Virus record (IMG/VR): IMGVR_UViG_3300043119_000141
Length of the DNA stretch: 64,000 bases
Direction: 5' to 3' (one strand)
Origin: an uncultured virus (IMG/VR IMGVR_UViG_3300043119_000141)
Lineage: Duplodnaviria; Heunggongvirae; Uroviricota; Caudoviricetes
A program made the translations under genes and the position numbers. Shown piece by piece: positions 37,682-48,379 of this stretch. Positions within the stretch are counted from its first letter, which is position 1. Each line of letters opens with the position of its first letter. The notes beneath the pieces are model-generated. The model ran no database searches and was not told where the DNA came from. It worked only from the letters and a program-made list of their open reading frames with translations.

Positions 37682-40600
37682 TTAAGTAAAGAAGTAAACT
37701 AATCCTTTAGCGGCTCTTGCTTTAAGCTCTTTAAGGAATGGATCACGTTTGCCTTTATAAAATGGATTTTCCCAAGCAAATATACCTGAGTTATTTGAAT
37801 TAAAGTAGTAATACTTATACATCTGATCTACCAAAGCTTTAGCTTGTGCTTTAGTAATGCGAGTTGATTCTGAACGTTCAGGTCCAGGAGGAACGTATCC
37901 TGAAGATTTACTCTCAAGAAACTCTTTTAATTTCTTTTGGTACTCTGCTAACTCATTTGGCTTTTTATCTTTTAACCACTTGTACTCACGATCTACAGTT
38001 GTAAATATACCTTTGTAAGGTGATCCTGGTCCAATAATAATTTCATCGGAACGCATCATCTCAGGTACAGCTTCTTTAAGTTGTTTAATAAAGTCAGTTG
38101 TAAATCCTTTAGCCATATTCCATTCGAAAACTTTAGGAGCTACAATATTATTAGCAACATAATGTACAAACGGATAACTCATTGAATCAACAATAAAGTT
38201 GTCAAACACAGGAATAATAAAGCTAGAATCTGCAGGTGTCTTTTTACCATTAATTAGCCTTGCTGTCTCCGCAACAATAATTGATTCACGGTATTGACCA
38301 AACGTAGGACCAACTTGGTTAACTGCGGCTGAACCTTCTTCAGGAATAAATAATGAGCCATCATCTAACCTTAAACCTTTAGCTTTAGCAGGGGCTAATG
38401 GATCAAACATCCTAGCTGTTTCCATTATACGTCTACGATTACCTTCTGCACCTTTAATCTGAACAATATTACCTGTAGGTTCATTTCCAAACCTACCAAT
38501 AGAAATGTTTTCATTCCAATAACCAATTGGTTTAGGTACTCGACCAAACATCTGCAGGTATTTAACCATCTTCTTAGGTAATGTATACTGCCAAGAGTCT
38601 GTTGTATGCTTTAAAGTTGCCTTATATATTTCATTAATGTCTTTAGCTAAAGCATTAACATCACCATTATAAGACCTTAATGCCTCATCACGAAACTCAG
38701 GATGACTCTTTAAGAAAGCCTGTGCTTCAGCAATGTGGAAGTTAGCTGGCTTACCATAGTCGGTAGTCATAAGAACTTTCTTTGAGAAGTCTTTGTTAAA
38801 TTGTTTATTACCAGCAACGCCAGCACCACCATACTTGTTAAGCAAGATTTTAAACATCTCAACCTTGTCAGACTGAGCATCTCCAAAAGCAGAAGCTACA
38901 CCTTGATCTAGAGCTACAGTTGTAAAGTAATATCGTGGATCACCCTTTTCGTTTGGCAGGGTATCAACAAACATATCATTAACTCTATCAATAAATCTAT
39001 CCCATACCAAACCTACACGGCTTAGGATATCCATATTACCAACGTCAGAAGCTAAGAAAGATCGACCAGCAGAGTTCATATCCAACGCTACAGTAAGTCT
39101 TGGTGTAAAAGGAATACCATTAAGCTTAGCATCTAAATAGTTTGCAGCATCTAAATAAGCTTGTAACTTGTAACCCCAATCATCTCTATCTGCTTCTTTA
39201 AGGAAGTTATCTACAGCACCCTTCTGAGCAGGTGTTAGCTTTTCAATAAGACCTTCTGGTTTACCAAGAGCATTAACAACTTCACGAGTATTAGTTGGAA
39301 CAATACTTCTTAGCAATCTACCTTTTGCAGCAGCCTCAGCGATAAATTCTGGTGTTACTGTTTGCAACAAGTTAGGTAACAATATAGATTCAGAAGACAT
39401 ACCTACAGATTTACTTGAGTCAAGAACACGACCAAGAGTCAACAAGAAACTAAGTTCCTTTTCTGCAGGTGACAAAGTAAAATTACCACCACGAGCTTTA
39501 CCAGCAATACGATTTAAAAATCCTTCAGCAGTTACTTTACTAACACCTGTATTATGGTACTCACTGTCCAACATAATTGGAGCTGACTTACCAACAGTTA
39601 ATGCACGAGTCCACTTGTTACGTTGTGGGTTAAAGTCAGTAGCATCTTGGTACATACGGTGTGTAGCATAATCTTCCCAATAAGTAGACCATTGTGGACC
39701 ACCATAAGCTACGTGTTTAGCCATGTCGCCAAGTTCTGTTTGTAAGTTACTTACTTTCTGGTCAATAACTTCAGCGGCTGTTTTATTACCATTAACAGAA
39801 GCATCTTGGATATCTTCTTCGGATACCTTAAGCAATCCCATTACATCTAATGGAGCAGGGTTAGCTGGGTTTTTAACATGAGAAAGAATAGCTTCATTAA
39901 ACAAAGCAGCAAAGTAAGATTTAACAGGAGAAATAAACAATGGTACTTTAGCTACAGCACCTTTAGCCTCAGCCATTTCTTTAGTAGCAGTATATTCGTT
40001 CTTTTGTTTATCCATTCCACGCACATCTTGTCGTGCGCCTTGGTAAGCACCTGTTTCTGTTGGTGGAGCTTTCTGAGCTTTACCTGACAATGCGCCTGTT
40101 ACTGAACGTTGCATACCTTTACTTTTGAAACGCAATTCAGCTCCTAAGCCTGGACTTAATCGAAGAATCTCAGTGCCTTGCGGATCTACATCTTCGATCA
40201 AAAAGCCTTTATCAACTAAGGCTTGACCAATAGTTGCTCCAGCCGCTTCATTAGAAAGGTTTTGGTTAACACGTTCGGTATCACCCCAATAAGTATCACC
40301 AACGCCTTTAGAAAGCTTCTTAAACAACCGACCAAGGTTCTTTTCAACCATGTCACGCTTAAGACCACCATCAATAGCCACTTTATTAAGTGGACCATCA
40401 CCATCATCCATTAACAGTTTATCTAGTTCGCTGATATCCGCATTGTCTTCAGTAGATTGAATCTCACCGTTCTTTTGTGAAGCAGCACCTGAAAGCATAG
40501 GGGCTAACAAAATAAAAGAAGTAGTAGCGGCATTACCAACTTGCTTAGTATCTAAACCAGTACCTTGTTTAAGATAAGTAAGACCATTAAGCTTAGCATT

Positions 40601-41245
40601 AGTTGTTGTACCCTCTTTGTACAGTCCAATATCTAAGTCATTAAGACCATTAGTAATGCTCATAGCAGTACGATTAATTGCACCTGCTTCAGTAGCTTTA
40701 ACTGCACCTTCACCATAAGCGGATCGGATTCCTTCTTCGTTTTCCCAACGTGAAGGATCAAGAATCTTCCGTGCTTCCATTTGGCTTTGTCGTTCTTGTT
40801 GAAGCTTACTGTAATAATCTTCATCAGTACTTTCCAAACCAAAGTTTTCCATACCAAACCCACCGTCTTCTTGGGTAGCTTGATCTGGCATTTCAGGCAT
40901 GTCATCAATAGGTTGTCCATTAGGCATCAGCTCTTGTGATGAACTACGACCTGAATACATCTCAGGAATGTCATCAATAGGCTGTCCGTTAGGCATTAAC
41001 TCAGGTAAAGAACCACGTACATCGGTACCAGCAAGAAGCCTTGCATCAGCTGGTAATCCAGAAAACTTTTTTGGAGGAACAAATACTTCCTCTTCGCCAA
41101 ATAACAAAGATGGGTTAGACACTACCTCCTTTTCAGGGGGCGGTGCATTCATACGAGCATTAGCTTCGTTAAGTTGTTGTTGAAGCAAATCATCTGCAAT
41201 ACGTGGTACTGTAGATACATTAGCTTTTGTATTAATGTTAATCAC
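37682..41245 (-). CDS. Divergent single-subunit RNA polymerase; candidate virion (co-injected) RNAP
   Basis: DYATHRMY..DFNPQRNK..R, VALDMNSAG (motif A), FSKKVLMTTDYG (B), GPTFGQYRES, IPVFDNF (C), in correct order; last gene of ejection-protein cluster. Confidence 0.75.
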   Translation of the reverse strand: MININTKANVSTVPRIADDLLQQQLNEANARMNAPPPEKEVVSNPSLLFGEEEVFVPPKKFSGLPADARLLAGTDVRGSLPELMPNGQPIDDIPEMYSGRSSSQELMPNGQPIDDMPEMPDQATQEDGGFGMENFGLESTDEDYYSKLQQERQSQMEARKILDPSRWENEEGIRSAYGEGAVKATEAGAINRTAMSITNGLNDLDIGLYKEGTTTNAKLNGLTYLKQGTGLDTKQVGNAATTSFILLAPMLSGAASQKNGEIQSTEDNADISELDKLLMDDGDGPLNKVAIDGGLKRDMVEKNLGRLFKKLSKGVGDTYWGDTERVNQNLSNEAAGATIGQALVDKGFLIEDVDPQGTEILRLSPGLGAELRFKSKGMQRSVTGALSGKAQKAPPTETGAYQGARQDVRGMDKQKNEYTATKEMAEAKGAVAKVPLFISPVKSYFAALFNEAILSHVKNPANPAPLDVMGLLKVSEEDIQDASVNGNKTAAEVIDQKVSNLQTELGDMAKHVAYGGPQWSTYWEDYATHRMYQDATDFNPQRNKWTRALTVGKSAPIMLDSEYHNTGVSKVTAEGFLNRIAGKARGGNFTLSPAEKELSFLLTLGRVLDSSKSVGMSSESILLPNLLQTVTPEFIAEAAAKGRLLRSIVPTNTREVVNALGKPEGLIEKLTPAQKGAVDNFLKEADRDDWGYKLQAYLDAANYLDAKLNGIPFTPRLTVALDMNSAGRSFLASDVGNMDILSRVGLVWDRFIDRVNDMFVDTLPNEKGDPRYYFTTVALDQGVASAFGDAQSDKVEMFKILLNKYGGAGVAGNKQFNKDFSKKVLMTTDYGKPANFHIAEAQAFLKSHPEFRDEALRSYNGDVNALAKDINEIYKATLKHTTDSWQYTLPKKMVKYLQMFGRVPKPIGYWNENISIGRFGNEPTGNIVQIKGAEGNRRRIMETARMFDPLAPAKAKGLRLDDGSLFIPEEGSAAVNQVGPTFGQYRESIIVAETARLINGKKTPADSSFIIPVFDNFIVDSMSYPFVHYVANNIVAPKVFEWNMAKGFTTDFIKQLKEAVPEMMRSDEIIIGPGSPYKGIFTTVDREYKWLKDKKPNELAEYQKKLKEFLESKSSGYVPPGPERSESTRITKAQAKALVDQMYKYYYFNSNNSGIFAWENPFYKGKRDPFLKELKARAAKGLVYFFT

Positions 41246-44200
41246 TTTGTGATCCTCCTAACTCTCTTTGTAAGTATTTAGCGAAAGCGGGACTTGTTCC
41301 AACTATGGGAAGCAGCTTCGCACCCTGTTCAATCCGTTGATTTTCTGGTGCCTCTAAAGCTCTTTCAATCTTTTTAAGATATGAGAGCTGTGCGGATTGT
41401 TCGGCAATTCTATCTGTAATAGATTTCTTTCTGTTGTCTTCCATCAATGGGAATATCTGATCGAACACTCTTTGTCCTGAACCTAAGATACCCATTTGAT
41501 TAATAACTCTTAGAAATTCTTTGTTCTCTTTTACCCACTTAGGTGGATGCTCATTATACTTGATCATATCTTTAATATACAAAGCAAGCATAGATAAAGC
41601 CATCATCATAGCGATAACAGCGGCAGAATTCTTTTGGTCTTCTGATCCTGCTTTTCGTAAGTCAGATATTAAACGTGGTAACACATTAGCTGTGAATGCA
41701 GATGTGTATCCTGTAAATTGAGTAAACAATTTTAAGTATGGATCACTATAAAACTTAGGTCTATTAAGTGTACTTGGTATAACAACAGCTTCATTAACAA
41801 AGTTATAAGTAGCTTGTTGTAAGTTTTCTACAACACGCTTTTCATTTGAGCTGGTATCAGCATCAATACTCATCATGTACTCGTAGTCAACACCAATCCT
41901 TCTTAAGTGATCTTTAGCGTCTGTTATCTCTTGCTCTGTTCCAATACCTTGCGACACAGTATCTAACCAATTTTGAATAGCATCAGCCGCAATAGCTAAC
42001 CGAGCATGACGAGTAATAGCTGTAACAGATGTGAGACCTGTTATCTTAAAGAAACCGTCAGTCCATTTAGAATAGTAAGAGGTTAAGATATCATTACGGT
42101 GACCAACACCACCTTCTCTAAGGTAACCAGCGTCAGATAATTCTGATCTTATCTTAGAGTTTTTAATAACAACCCTATCGGATACCTTACTACCAATCTC
42201 TCGATAAATAGCACCAATCTCACTACCTGTACTCTTAAGTAATGCAAGAGTAGCTTTAGCCGCTTGAGGTCTATTTAAGTTACGATATATCTGAGCAAAC
42301 TCTACAGTAGAACTAATAGCCGCTAAAGGTAATGATGTAATAGTAGATAAGAAGTTAACAGTATTTAATGCACCTTTTAAATAAGGATTATTAATAGGTC
42401 TGTATTCTCCATTACGCATTGACAATACGTCTTGTATTTCTTTAGCTATAAAACCTGCTTGAGCTTCGTCAATGTCACCATTGTCTAACATTTTTTGAAC
42501 TAATGCGGCAAGATTAGAACCATTCTTACCAATAAGTTCTTTGTTAGTATTGTACGCTGCAGCAGAGGCAGCTAAGGAATAAGCATTATCCAACATATTA
42601 TGAGACATATATTGAGTAAATTTACCTTTAAACTCTGGTTTAGATAGCTTAGCTTCTAACTCTTGTTTACCTTTAATCTTATCTGCAGTATCATTAAGCA
42701 AAGAATCAAGTGAATCTTCAAAACTATTTACTTGTTTGTTATCTAATATAGAATTAGTTAATTGAACAGAGTCAGAATAGTTCATACCTAAATGTTGCTG
42801 AAGATCTCTGGCAAACTGAGCAGAGTTCCTAGACACTAATGCTTTGTCAAGAGGTTTATGCTCTAAAAATTGTTGAACATCTAAGTCTTTACCTGTAGCT
42901 TGGTTATAAGAAGTAACTAGATTACTAATCCTATCAGCATACTCAATAATAGCGTCTTTATGCTGTCCATATTTACCATAATCAATAGCTATTTTATCAG
43001 CAACATCTTTAGTAGACTTAGCAAACAAATCTCTTTTAACTCGTGCTAATTCTTTTACAGCATTAACAACAATAGGAGCAGACAAGATACGTGATGCTTC
43101 TTGAATAGAAACACCACCAAAAGCAGAACTCAATTCTTCGCTAGGACCAAAGTTCCTAAAGATATTTGATTCCATCATAGCCTGATGGTTCTCAATAGAC
43201 GTTCCATTAACAGCATTAGAACTACCTAATAGAGTAGCTAGTGTAGCTGAATAAATACTCTTATGATTGGTATCACCAGTAATAACACTAGAAAACTTGT
43301 CGTATAAACCACCAATACCTTTATCCTTAATAGCTGAATAAGTTTTAGCAATAACACCTTCAGAACCTCTCTTAGCAATCTCAGGTTCTGCTAATGTTTG
43401 AAGAGCTGTCTCTGTATCTTTATCTATTTGTGAAGCTAATGTTTCATTAATAACGTCTTTAGTTGTTGGCATTGTAGCAAGAGCTGATTTACCTTGAGCA
43501 ATTCGCTGATCATTTATATCACGAAGATATTGCTCTCTAAACAGTACGTCTGTTGAAGATCTAGGTATCTGGTTACTAGTAGTTAATGCTGAGTAAGTTT
43601 TGAGTCCACCAGACAATGCACCGCCAAGTACACCACCTCCAGCAGCCGCATTCATTAACCTAGATTTTAACTTCTGCATTTCTTCAGGTGAAGACGGTAA
43701 TTCAAAGCCACCTTGCTCACCAAAGTAACCAGTTAATTCTTGTGCTGTTTCTGTAAGACCTTCAACAACAACACCAGCACCTGTAGCTAAACCAATCTCT
43801 TTTAATTTATTAAGCTTACTACCTGAAATAGCTTTAAAAGCATTACTAACCTCTTTAACTGATTCAGTCATAGACTTTCGTAGCAAATCTTCGGCTGCTT
43901 CCTTACTCATTGTCTTTTGTAATTCTTTTAAGACTAAATCTTGAGTAGACTTTTTAGCAATATTTAAACTAACATTTTTAAATAAATAACCTAATGACAG
44001 CCTGTCAAGCACTGTCATAGTAAAACCAGCAGCAATAGCGGCTGTAGCATTCTTTTCTTTTTGGTCATTCCACACTTGACCTGTATACATACTAAAAGGA
44101 ACTGCCATAGAAGCACCATAAGTTAATGGTGCCGCCATTGTAGCAACAATAGTAGCTAACATTTGTGGAGCAGAAGCAGCAGCACTACCTACTGTCCAAT

Positions 44201-45047
44201 CAACAAACTTACCTAAAGAATCTAATTTCCAATTACCTTTTGAATCAAATGCTTCTGCATTACTTAATTCAGGTATGTCTGATAGTTGTGAATTCTTAGT
44301 ATTGATTCCTGCTTGCGCAAAATCTTTAGTTAATTCACTACCTGTTTTATCGGCAATAAGGTCTAAAGCACCGTACAAGCTTTTAGCGGCTTGCATCTTA
44401 CCTTGATCCCAACCAGTATCCCAGTTAGAAGTAGCTTTACCAAACTTGTCTTCACCTTTTCTTATGATAGCAGGACCAGAAAAATAATCATTGTTACCTG
44501 ACTCATCAGCTATACTACCAAACTGAGGTGCAGTATCTGTATAACGCTTAGCCATAAAGCCAGCGGCATTACGTTCTTTGTTTAAGCTATCAAGAATACT
44601 GTCAGCTAATGTAGGCTTATTATCTGCTCTACGCTGAGCACGTTCAAGGCTACCCATATACATAGAGGTATATTGGCTTGTATCTGCAGATGTGCTTGGA
44701 TCAACAACACCCATCTCTAATGCTTTGTTAGTAAGACGTCTGCCAATAGGATCTACTAAATCACCAACCTCACGTTTGTAAGATTTGTTACCTGTATATA
44801 CTGGTGTAGTATAATTACCCTCACGGATAATATCTTCCATGATTTTTGTTTGTGTGTCAGCACCTAACTGAGCACCTTTAATTTGATCCGGTTGAAACTT
44901 AGCAGTCTCTCTTGCATTAATGCCTTGAAGACGGATGGATTCCCCCGAAGGGGTTACCATAGTGTCGGCATCTTTAGATAAGATACCTCCCGGTAAATCT
45001 GATTTCCTTGAGAAAATCTGTCGGAGTTCTTCGTCTAATCCATCCAT
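41238..45047 (-). CDS. Large internal virion/ejection protein with N-terminal thermonuclease-like motif
   Basis: 1269 aa, helical with hydrophobic segments; DADT...IRLQGINARE near N-terminus. Confidence 0.65.
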   Translation of the reverse strand: MDGLDEELRQIFSRKSDLPGGILSKDADTMVTPSGESIRLQGINARETAKFQPDQIKGAQLGADTQTKIMEDIIREGNYTTPVYTGNKSYKREVGDLVDPIGRRLTNKALEMGVVDPSTSADTSQYTSMYMGSLERAQRRADNKPTLADSILDSLNKERNAAGFMAKRYTDTAPQFGSIADESGNNDYFSGPAIIRKGEDKFGKATSNWDTGWDQGKMQAAKSLYGALDLIADKTGSELTKDFAQAGINTKNSQLSDIPELSNAEAFDSKGNWKLDSLGKFVDWTVGSAAASAPQMLATIVATMAAPLTYGASMAVPFSMYTGQVWNDQKEKNATAAIAAGFTMTVLDRLSLGYLFKNVSLNIAKKSTQDLVLKELQKTMSKEAAEDLLRKSMTESVKEVSNAFKAISGSKLNKLKEIGLATGAGVVVEGLTETAQELTGYFGEQGGFELPSSPEEMQKLKSRLMNAAAGGGVLGGALSGGLKTYSALTTSNQIPRSSTDVLFREQYLRDINDQRIAQGKSALATMPTTKDVINETLASQIDKDTETALQTLAEPEIAKRGSEGVIAKTYSAIKDKGIGGLYDKFSSVITGDTNHKSIYSATLATLLGSSNAVNGTSIENHQAMMESNIFRNFGPSEELSSAFGGVSIQEASRILSAPIVVNAVKELARVKRDLFAKSTKDVADKIAIDYGKYGQHKDAIIEYADRISNLVTSYNQATGKDLDVQQFLEHKPLDKALVSRNSAQFARDLQQHLGMNYSDSVQLTNSILDNKQVNSFEDSLDSLLNDTADKIKGKQELEAKLSKPEFKGKFTQYMSHNMLDNAYSLAASAAAYNTNKELIGKNGSNLAALVQKMLDNGDIDEAQAGFIAKEIQDVLSMRNGEYRPINNPYLKGALNTVNFLSTITSLPLAAISSTVEFAQIYRNLNRPQAAKATLALLKSTGSEIGAIYREIGSKVSDRVVIKNSKIRSELSDAGYLREGGVGHRNDILTSYYSKWTDGFFKITGLTSVTAITRHARLAIAADAIQNWLDTVSQGIGTEQEITDAKDHLRRIGVDYEYMMSIDADTSSNEKRVVENLQQATYNFVNEAVVIPSTLNRPKFYSDPYLKLFTQFTGYTSAFTANVLPRLISDLRKAGSEDQKNSAAVIAMMMALSMLALYIKDMIKYNEHPPKWVKENKEFLRVINQMGILGSGQRVFDQIFPLMEDNRKKSITDRIAEQSAQLSYLKKIERALEAPENQRIEQGAKLLPIVGTSPAFAKYLQRELGGSQSD

Positions 45048-45057
45048 TTGTTTTCCT

Positions 45058-47445
45058 TTATTTTAACTGATTCTCTAATCTTGATTTTAAGAATTGTGCA
45101 AATGCGGTTTCATTTTCTGTACCTTTAAATTGCTCACGGTACTTCTTACCTTCTGGAGAATTCCATACAGTAGCTAATTTATTAACTCCGTCAGCTAAAT
45201 CTTTTTGGCTAACATTGCCTTCTTTATCTGACGCTGCTCGTCTAGCTAGCGAATAAATTTCACCTACCTTTTCAGCTGGCATAGGTTTATTACCAACGGT
45301 AAACATATCAGCTTGAAGACCCATACGATGAGTAACAATATTGCGAGCCAAGTATGGAGCTATATTACCAACCTCTTTAACTCTACCAGAAACTTTATCA
45401 GCAATCATTTGCTCTGTTGCTTGATTAATAAGCGCTGTAGCTTCTTGAGCAACATCAGGGTTAGTAATATTAAATCCTGAATTCTTTAAATAAGACAAAC
45501 TTTGTTGAGTAGCTTGTTTAGGTGTTGGAATACCTTTTCTAAGTGGATTAGCTTGGTCTCTAACATCTGCACTACCTAACTCACGTTTATAAATTTCATC
45601 AACAGCCATAGCCGCTTTTTCAGTATGTTGCTCTAAACGTTTAAGCTGCTCCACAGGACTATTATTCTTTAGGTCTTCCCTAGCAAACAGCATAGCCCAT
45701 TGATTACCTAAAGTAGCTTGCAATCGTTTGTCTTGTTGTGCTTGTTGTGCGGCTAGCACTCGCATCTGTTGCTCAAAGCGATTTGCATCTCTTGTACGAT
45801 TGTATTCTTCCTTAATTTCAGCCATTTTAGTTTGTTGAGCAGCAATAAAACGATCATGCTCCCTACGTGCTTCTTCACGAGTAACAGCTCTCTTTTCAGT
45901 TGCCAAAGCATTTTCTTCTGCACGAGCATCACGAACTTCTTGACCATGAATCTGTACAGCAGCTGCTCGAATAGCTTTATTTTCTGCTTGTTGCTGTGCA
46001 TTACGCTTACTTGAATCTTCAAATGCCTGTCTACCTGCAAATGCAAGAGCACGATTAACACCAAACTTTTTAGCACCAACAGCAGTTGATATAGCCATAC
46101 GAATAATATCTTGATTGTTTAAACCAAGCTCTTCTTTAAACCCATTAGCAGTAAATAAATTAGCTAAAGAATCTGTAAAGGATTTTTCTGTCTTTTTAGT
46201 TCCAGATAGCTCTTGAACAATGTCAGCTACACTACGAACTTTATTTGCGGCTTGCACTGGATCTGTAATAAAATCAACTTTACGTGTAGCCTTTGCTGGA
46301 TCATATGGATCTTCTTTAGCAGGTACAACAATTGTTGGTGTATTCTGAATGTTAGTTTTATCACGCTCAATAAGTTGTTCAGTAGTCATTTGATCTAAAG
46401 CAACAGCAAGAGGCGCTACAGTTTGTGTAACAACGGGTTTTGTTTCAACAACTTTATTAAACATTTCAGGTACTGCATTTACAGCAGGAGTTGGTAATGT
46501 ATCAACTTGAGTAACAACAGGTTTACTAACAACTGGTGGTTCTGTTATAACAGCATTAGAAGGTGTTTGATTAGCAACAGGCGTAGTCACTACTGATGTA
46601 GGTCGTCTATCTATAGCAGTTGTATTAGCATATTCTTCAGCTTTATCTACAGGATAACGATCATCCCACACAGGAATATTTTCAACTGTAGGTTGAATAA
46701 TCATTGGCACTACACCTTGACGTTTCTTTTCTTCATCAATATCTTCATCACCATTAAAGTAACCTGCCGCAGACTGTATTTGTTGTGGTACTACACCATA
46801 TGTACCCATACTATAATGTTGCATATCAGCAGAGCCACGACTAAACACATGTTCAGTACCATCTGCATAAGAAGAACCGGGAACATCTGAATGCTCATAA
46901 GCTAATGATGGAACAACCATAGCAGTACCTTGTGAATGATACTTAGCTTGTGCAGGTGCATCTGAATAACGTACATCTACTGCACCGTCACGCATAGCAT
47001 TAGCCTTACGACCTTCTTGTACCATACGCTTAATAGCTTTCTTATTCTTAGGGTCTTGTGCGGCTGCACGAGGAATAACAGCTTCTCCTGGAGTAAGCAT
47101 AGCAGGAACTGTGTCAGTACCTTTTGCTTCAAACACGGTAGGTTGAGCAAGACTCCGTTGACCTTGTTTAAACATACCAGTACCTGCTAAAGGATTTTGT
47201 GTTGGAATGCCAAGCTTTTGTTTATTCATCTTAGCAGGAGGAATACCCATCTCTTTAAGTTTAGCATTGTTAACTTGTTGTTTATGACCTAAACCTTGAT
47301 TAGCCTTTGCAGCTGCTTCTTGAAGTTTAATCTCATGTAATTGTTGTTTACGTTTTTCGTCAAGTTCCATCTTAGCCGCTTCACGAGCTTCTTTATTTTG
47401 AAACTTGAGGTACTCTCTATGTTGTTTACCTGATAGTGGTCCCAT
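45058..47445 (-). CDS. Internal virion/ejection protein
   Basis: GTDTVPAMLTPGEAVIP motif, low-complexity and coiled-coil regions, position in cluster. Confidence 0.6.
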   Translation of the reverse strand: MGPLSGKQHREYLKFQNKEAREAAKMELDEKRKQQLHEIKLQEAAAKANQGLGHKQQVNNAKLKEMGIPPAKMNKQKLGIPTQNPLAGTGMFKQGQRSLAQPTVFEAKGTDTVPAMLTPGEAVIPRAAAQDPKNKKAIKRMVQEGRKANAMRDGAVDVRYSDAPAQAKYHSQGTAMVVPSLAYEHSDVPGSSYADGTEHVFSRGSADMQHYSMGTYGVVPQQIQSAAGYFNGDEDIDEEKKRQGVVPMIIQPTVENIPVWDDRYPVDKAEEYANTTAIDRRPTSVVTTPVANQTPSNAVITEPPVVSKPVVTQVDTLPTPAVNAVPEMFNKVVETKPVVTQTVAPLAVALDQMTTEQLIERDKTNIQNTPTIVVPAKEDPYDPAKATRKVDFITDPVQAANKVRSVADIVQELSGTKKTEKSFTDSLANLFTANGFKEELGLNNQDIIRMAISTAVGAKKFGVNRALAFAGRQAFEDSSKRNAQQQAENKAIRAAAVQIHGQEVRDARAEENALATEKRAVTREEARREHDRFIAAQQTKMAEIKEEYNRTRDANRFEQQMRVLAAQQAQQDKRLQATLGNQWAMLFAREDLKNNSPVEQLKRLEQHTEKAAMAVDEIYKRELGSADVRDQANPLRKGIPTPKQATQQSLSYLKNSGFNITNPDVAQEATALINQATEQMIADKVSGRVKEVGNIAPYLARNIVTHRMGLQADMFTVGNKPMPAEKVGEIYSLARRAASDKEGNVSQKDLADGVNKLATVWNSPEGKKYREQFKGTENETAFAQFLKSRLENQLK

Positions 47446-48379
47446 AGTTTTTCCTTAAAATATCTTTAGCTTTTTTAACTAACAATGCTCCACCAATGAT
47501 TGCACCTACTGGTCCCATTGCTCCTAATGCGGCTTCACCACCCGCCATTGCGGCGCTTGTAGCACCTGCAGTAGCGCCTGTTGTAGCAGCGGCAGCACCT
47601 TCAGCAGCGGCTAATGGTGCGGCAGTATATGCTTTGTATGCTGTATTAATACCTTGAGTAGCGGCATCAACACCTTTGCCTACCAACATAGAGCTTAATT
47701 GTTGCTCTGTACGATCAGGCATACGACCTAATGCTTGTTCATTAGATGGTTTAATTTCTGCTGATAATGGTGCGGCTACAGGTTGAGCACGAGTCCATAC
47801 CCATGGGTCATCATCAACACCCATAGTACCATTATAGTATCCGGGTACTGATGTTGTGCCGTTAGCCCAACCGGGAGCATCACCCACACCAACAGATCCA
47901 CCAGCAGTACCATCACTACTACCACCTTCACTAGGAGCAGATACACCTTCAGAAATAGAAGCATCGTCAACTGACAATGCGGCAGCGTTTGCGGCAAGAC
48001 CTTCTGCTGTAGCCCCTGTGTTACCAATACCTGTCATAGATACATCAGGTATAGATAAATTAGCGGGTGCGGCTAAACCAGTAATACTGTTTGCTGTATT
48101 ACCGTCTGTTACACCAGTTACACCACCTGATGTACTTGAGTTACCGTCACCACCATTACCACCACCGTCTGTTACAGTATCTTTAGCAAGTGGGGCTACG
48201 TAATCTTTTGTATAATTATTTAAATAAGACTTACCATAAATAATAGGAGTATTCATAGCAGTAAGTGTTGGTCTTCCCATAGCATCTACTGCTGTACCAC
48301 CACCTTTTCCACCACTTGATTGTTGTAAAGCAACTTCTTTATTAAAAGCATCTGCTGTCGTGCCTTGAATACCAGCCAT
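47426..48379 (-). CDS. Internal virion protein (Gly/Ala-rich)
   Basis: Gly/Ala-rich with hydrophobic C-terminus. Confidence 0.55.
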   Translation of the reverse strand: MAGIQGTTADAFNKEVALQQSSGGKGGGTAVDAMGRPTLTAMNTPIIYGKSYLNNYTKDYVAPLAKDTVTDGGGNGGDGNSSTSGGVTGVTDGNTANSITGLAAPANLSIPDVSMTGIGNTGATAEGLAANAAALSVDDASISEGVSAPSEGGSSDGTAGGSVGVGDAPGWANGTTSVPGYYNGTMGVDDDPWVWTRAQPVAAPLSAEIKPSNEQALGRMPDRTEQQLSSMLVGKGVDAATQGINTAYKAYTAAPLAAAEGAAAATTGATAGATSAAMAGGEAALGAMGPVGAIIGGALLVKKAKDILRKNYGTTIR

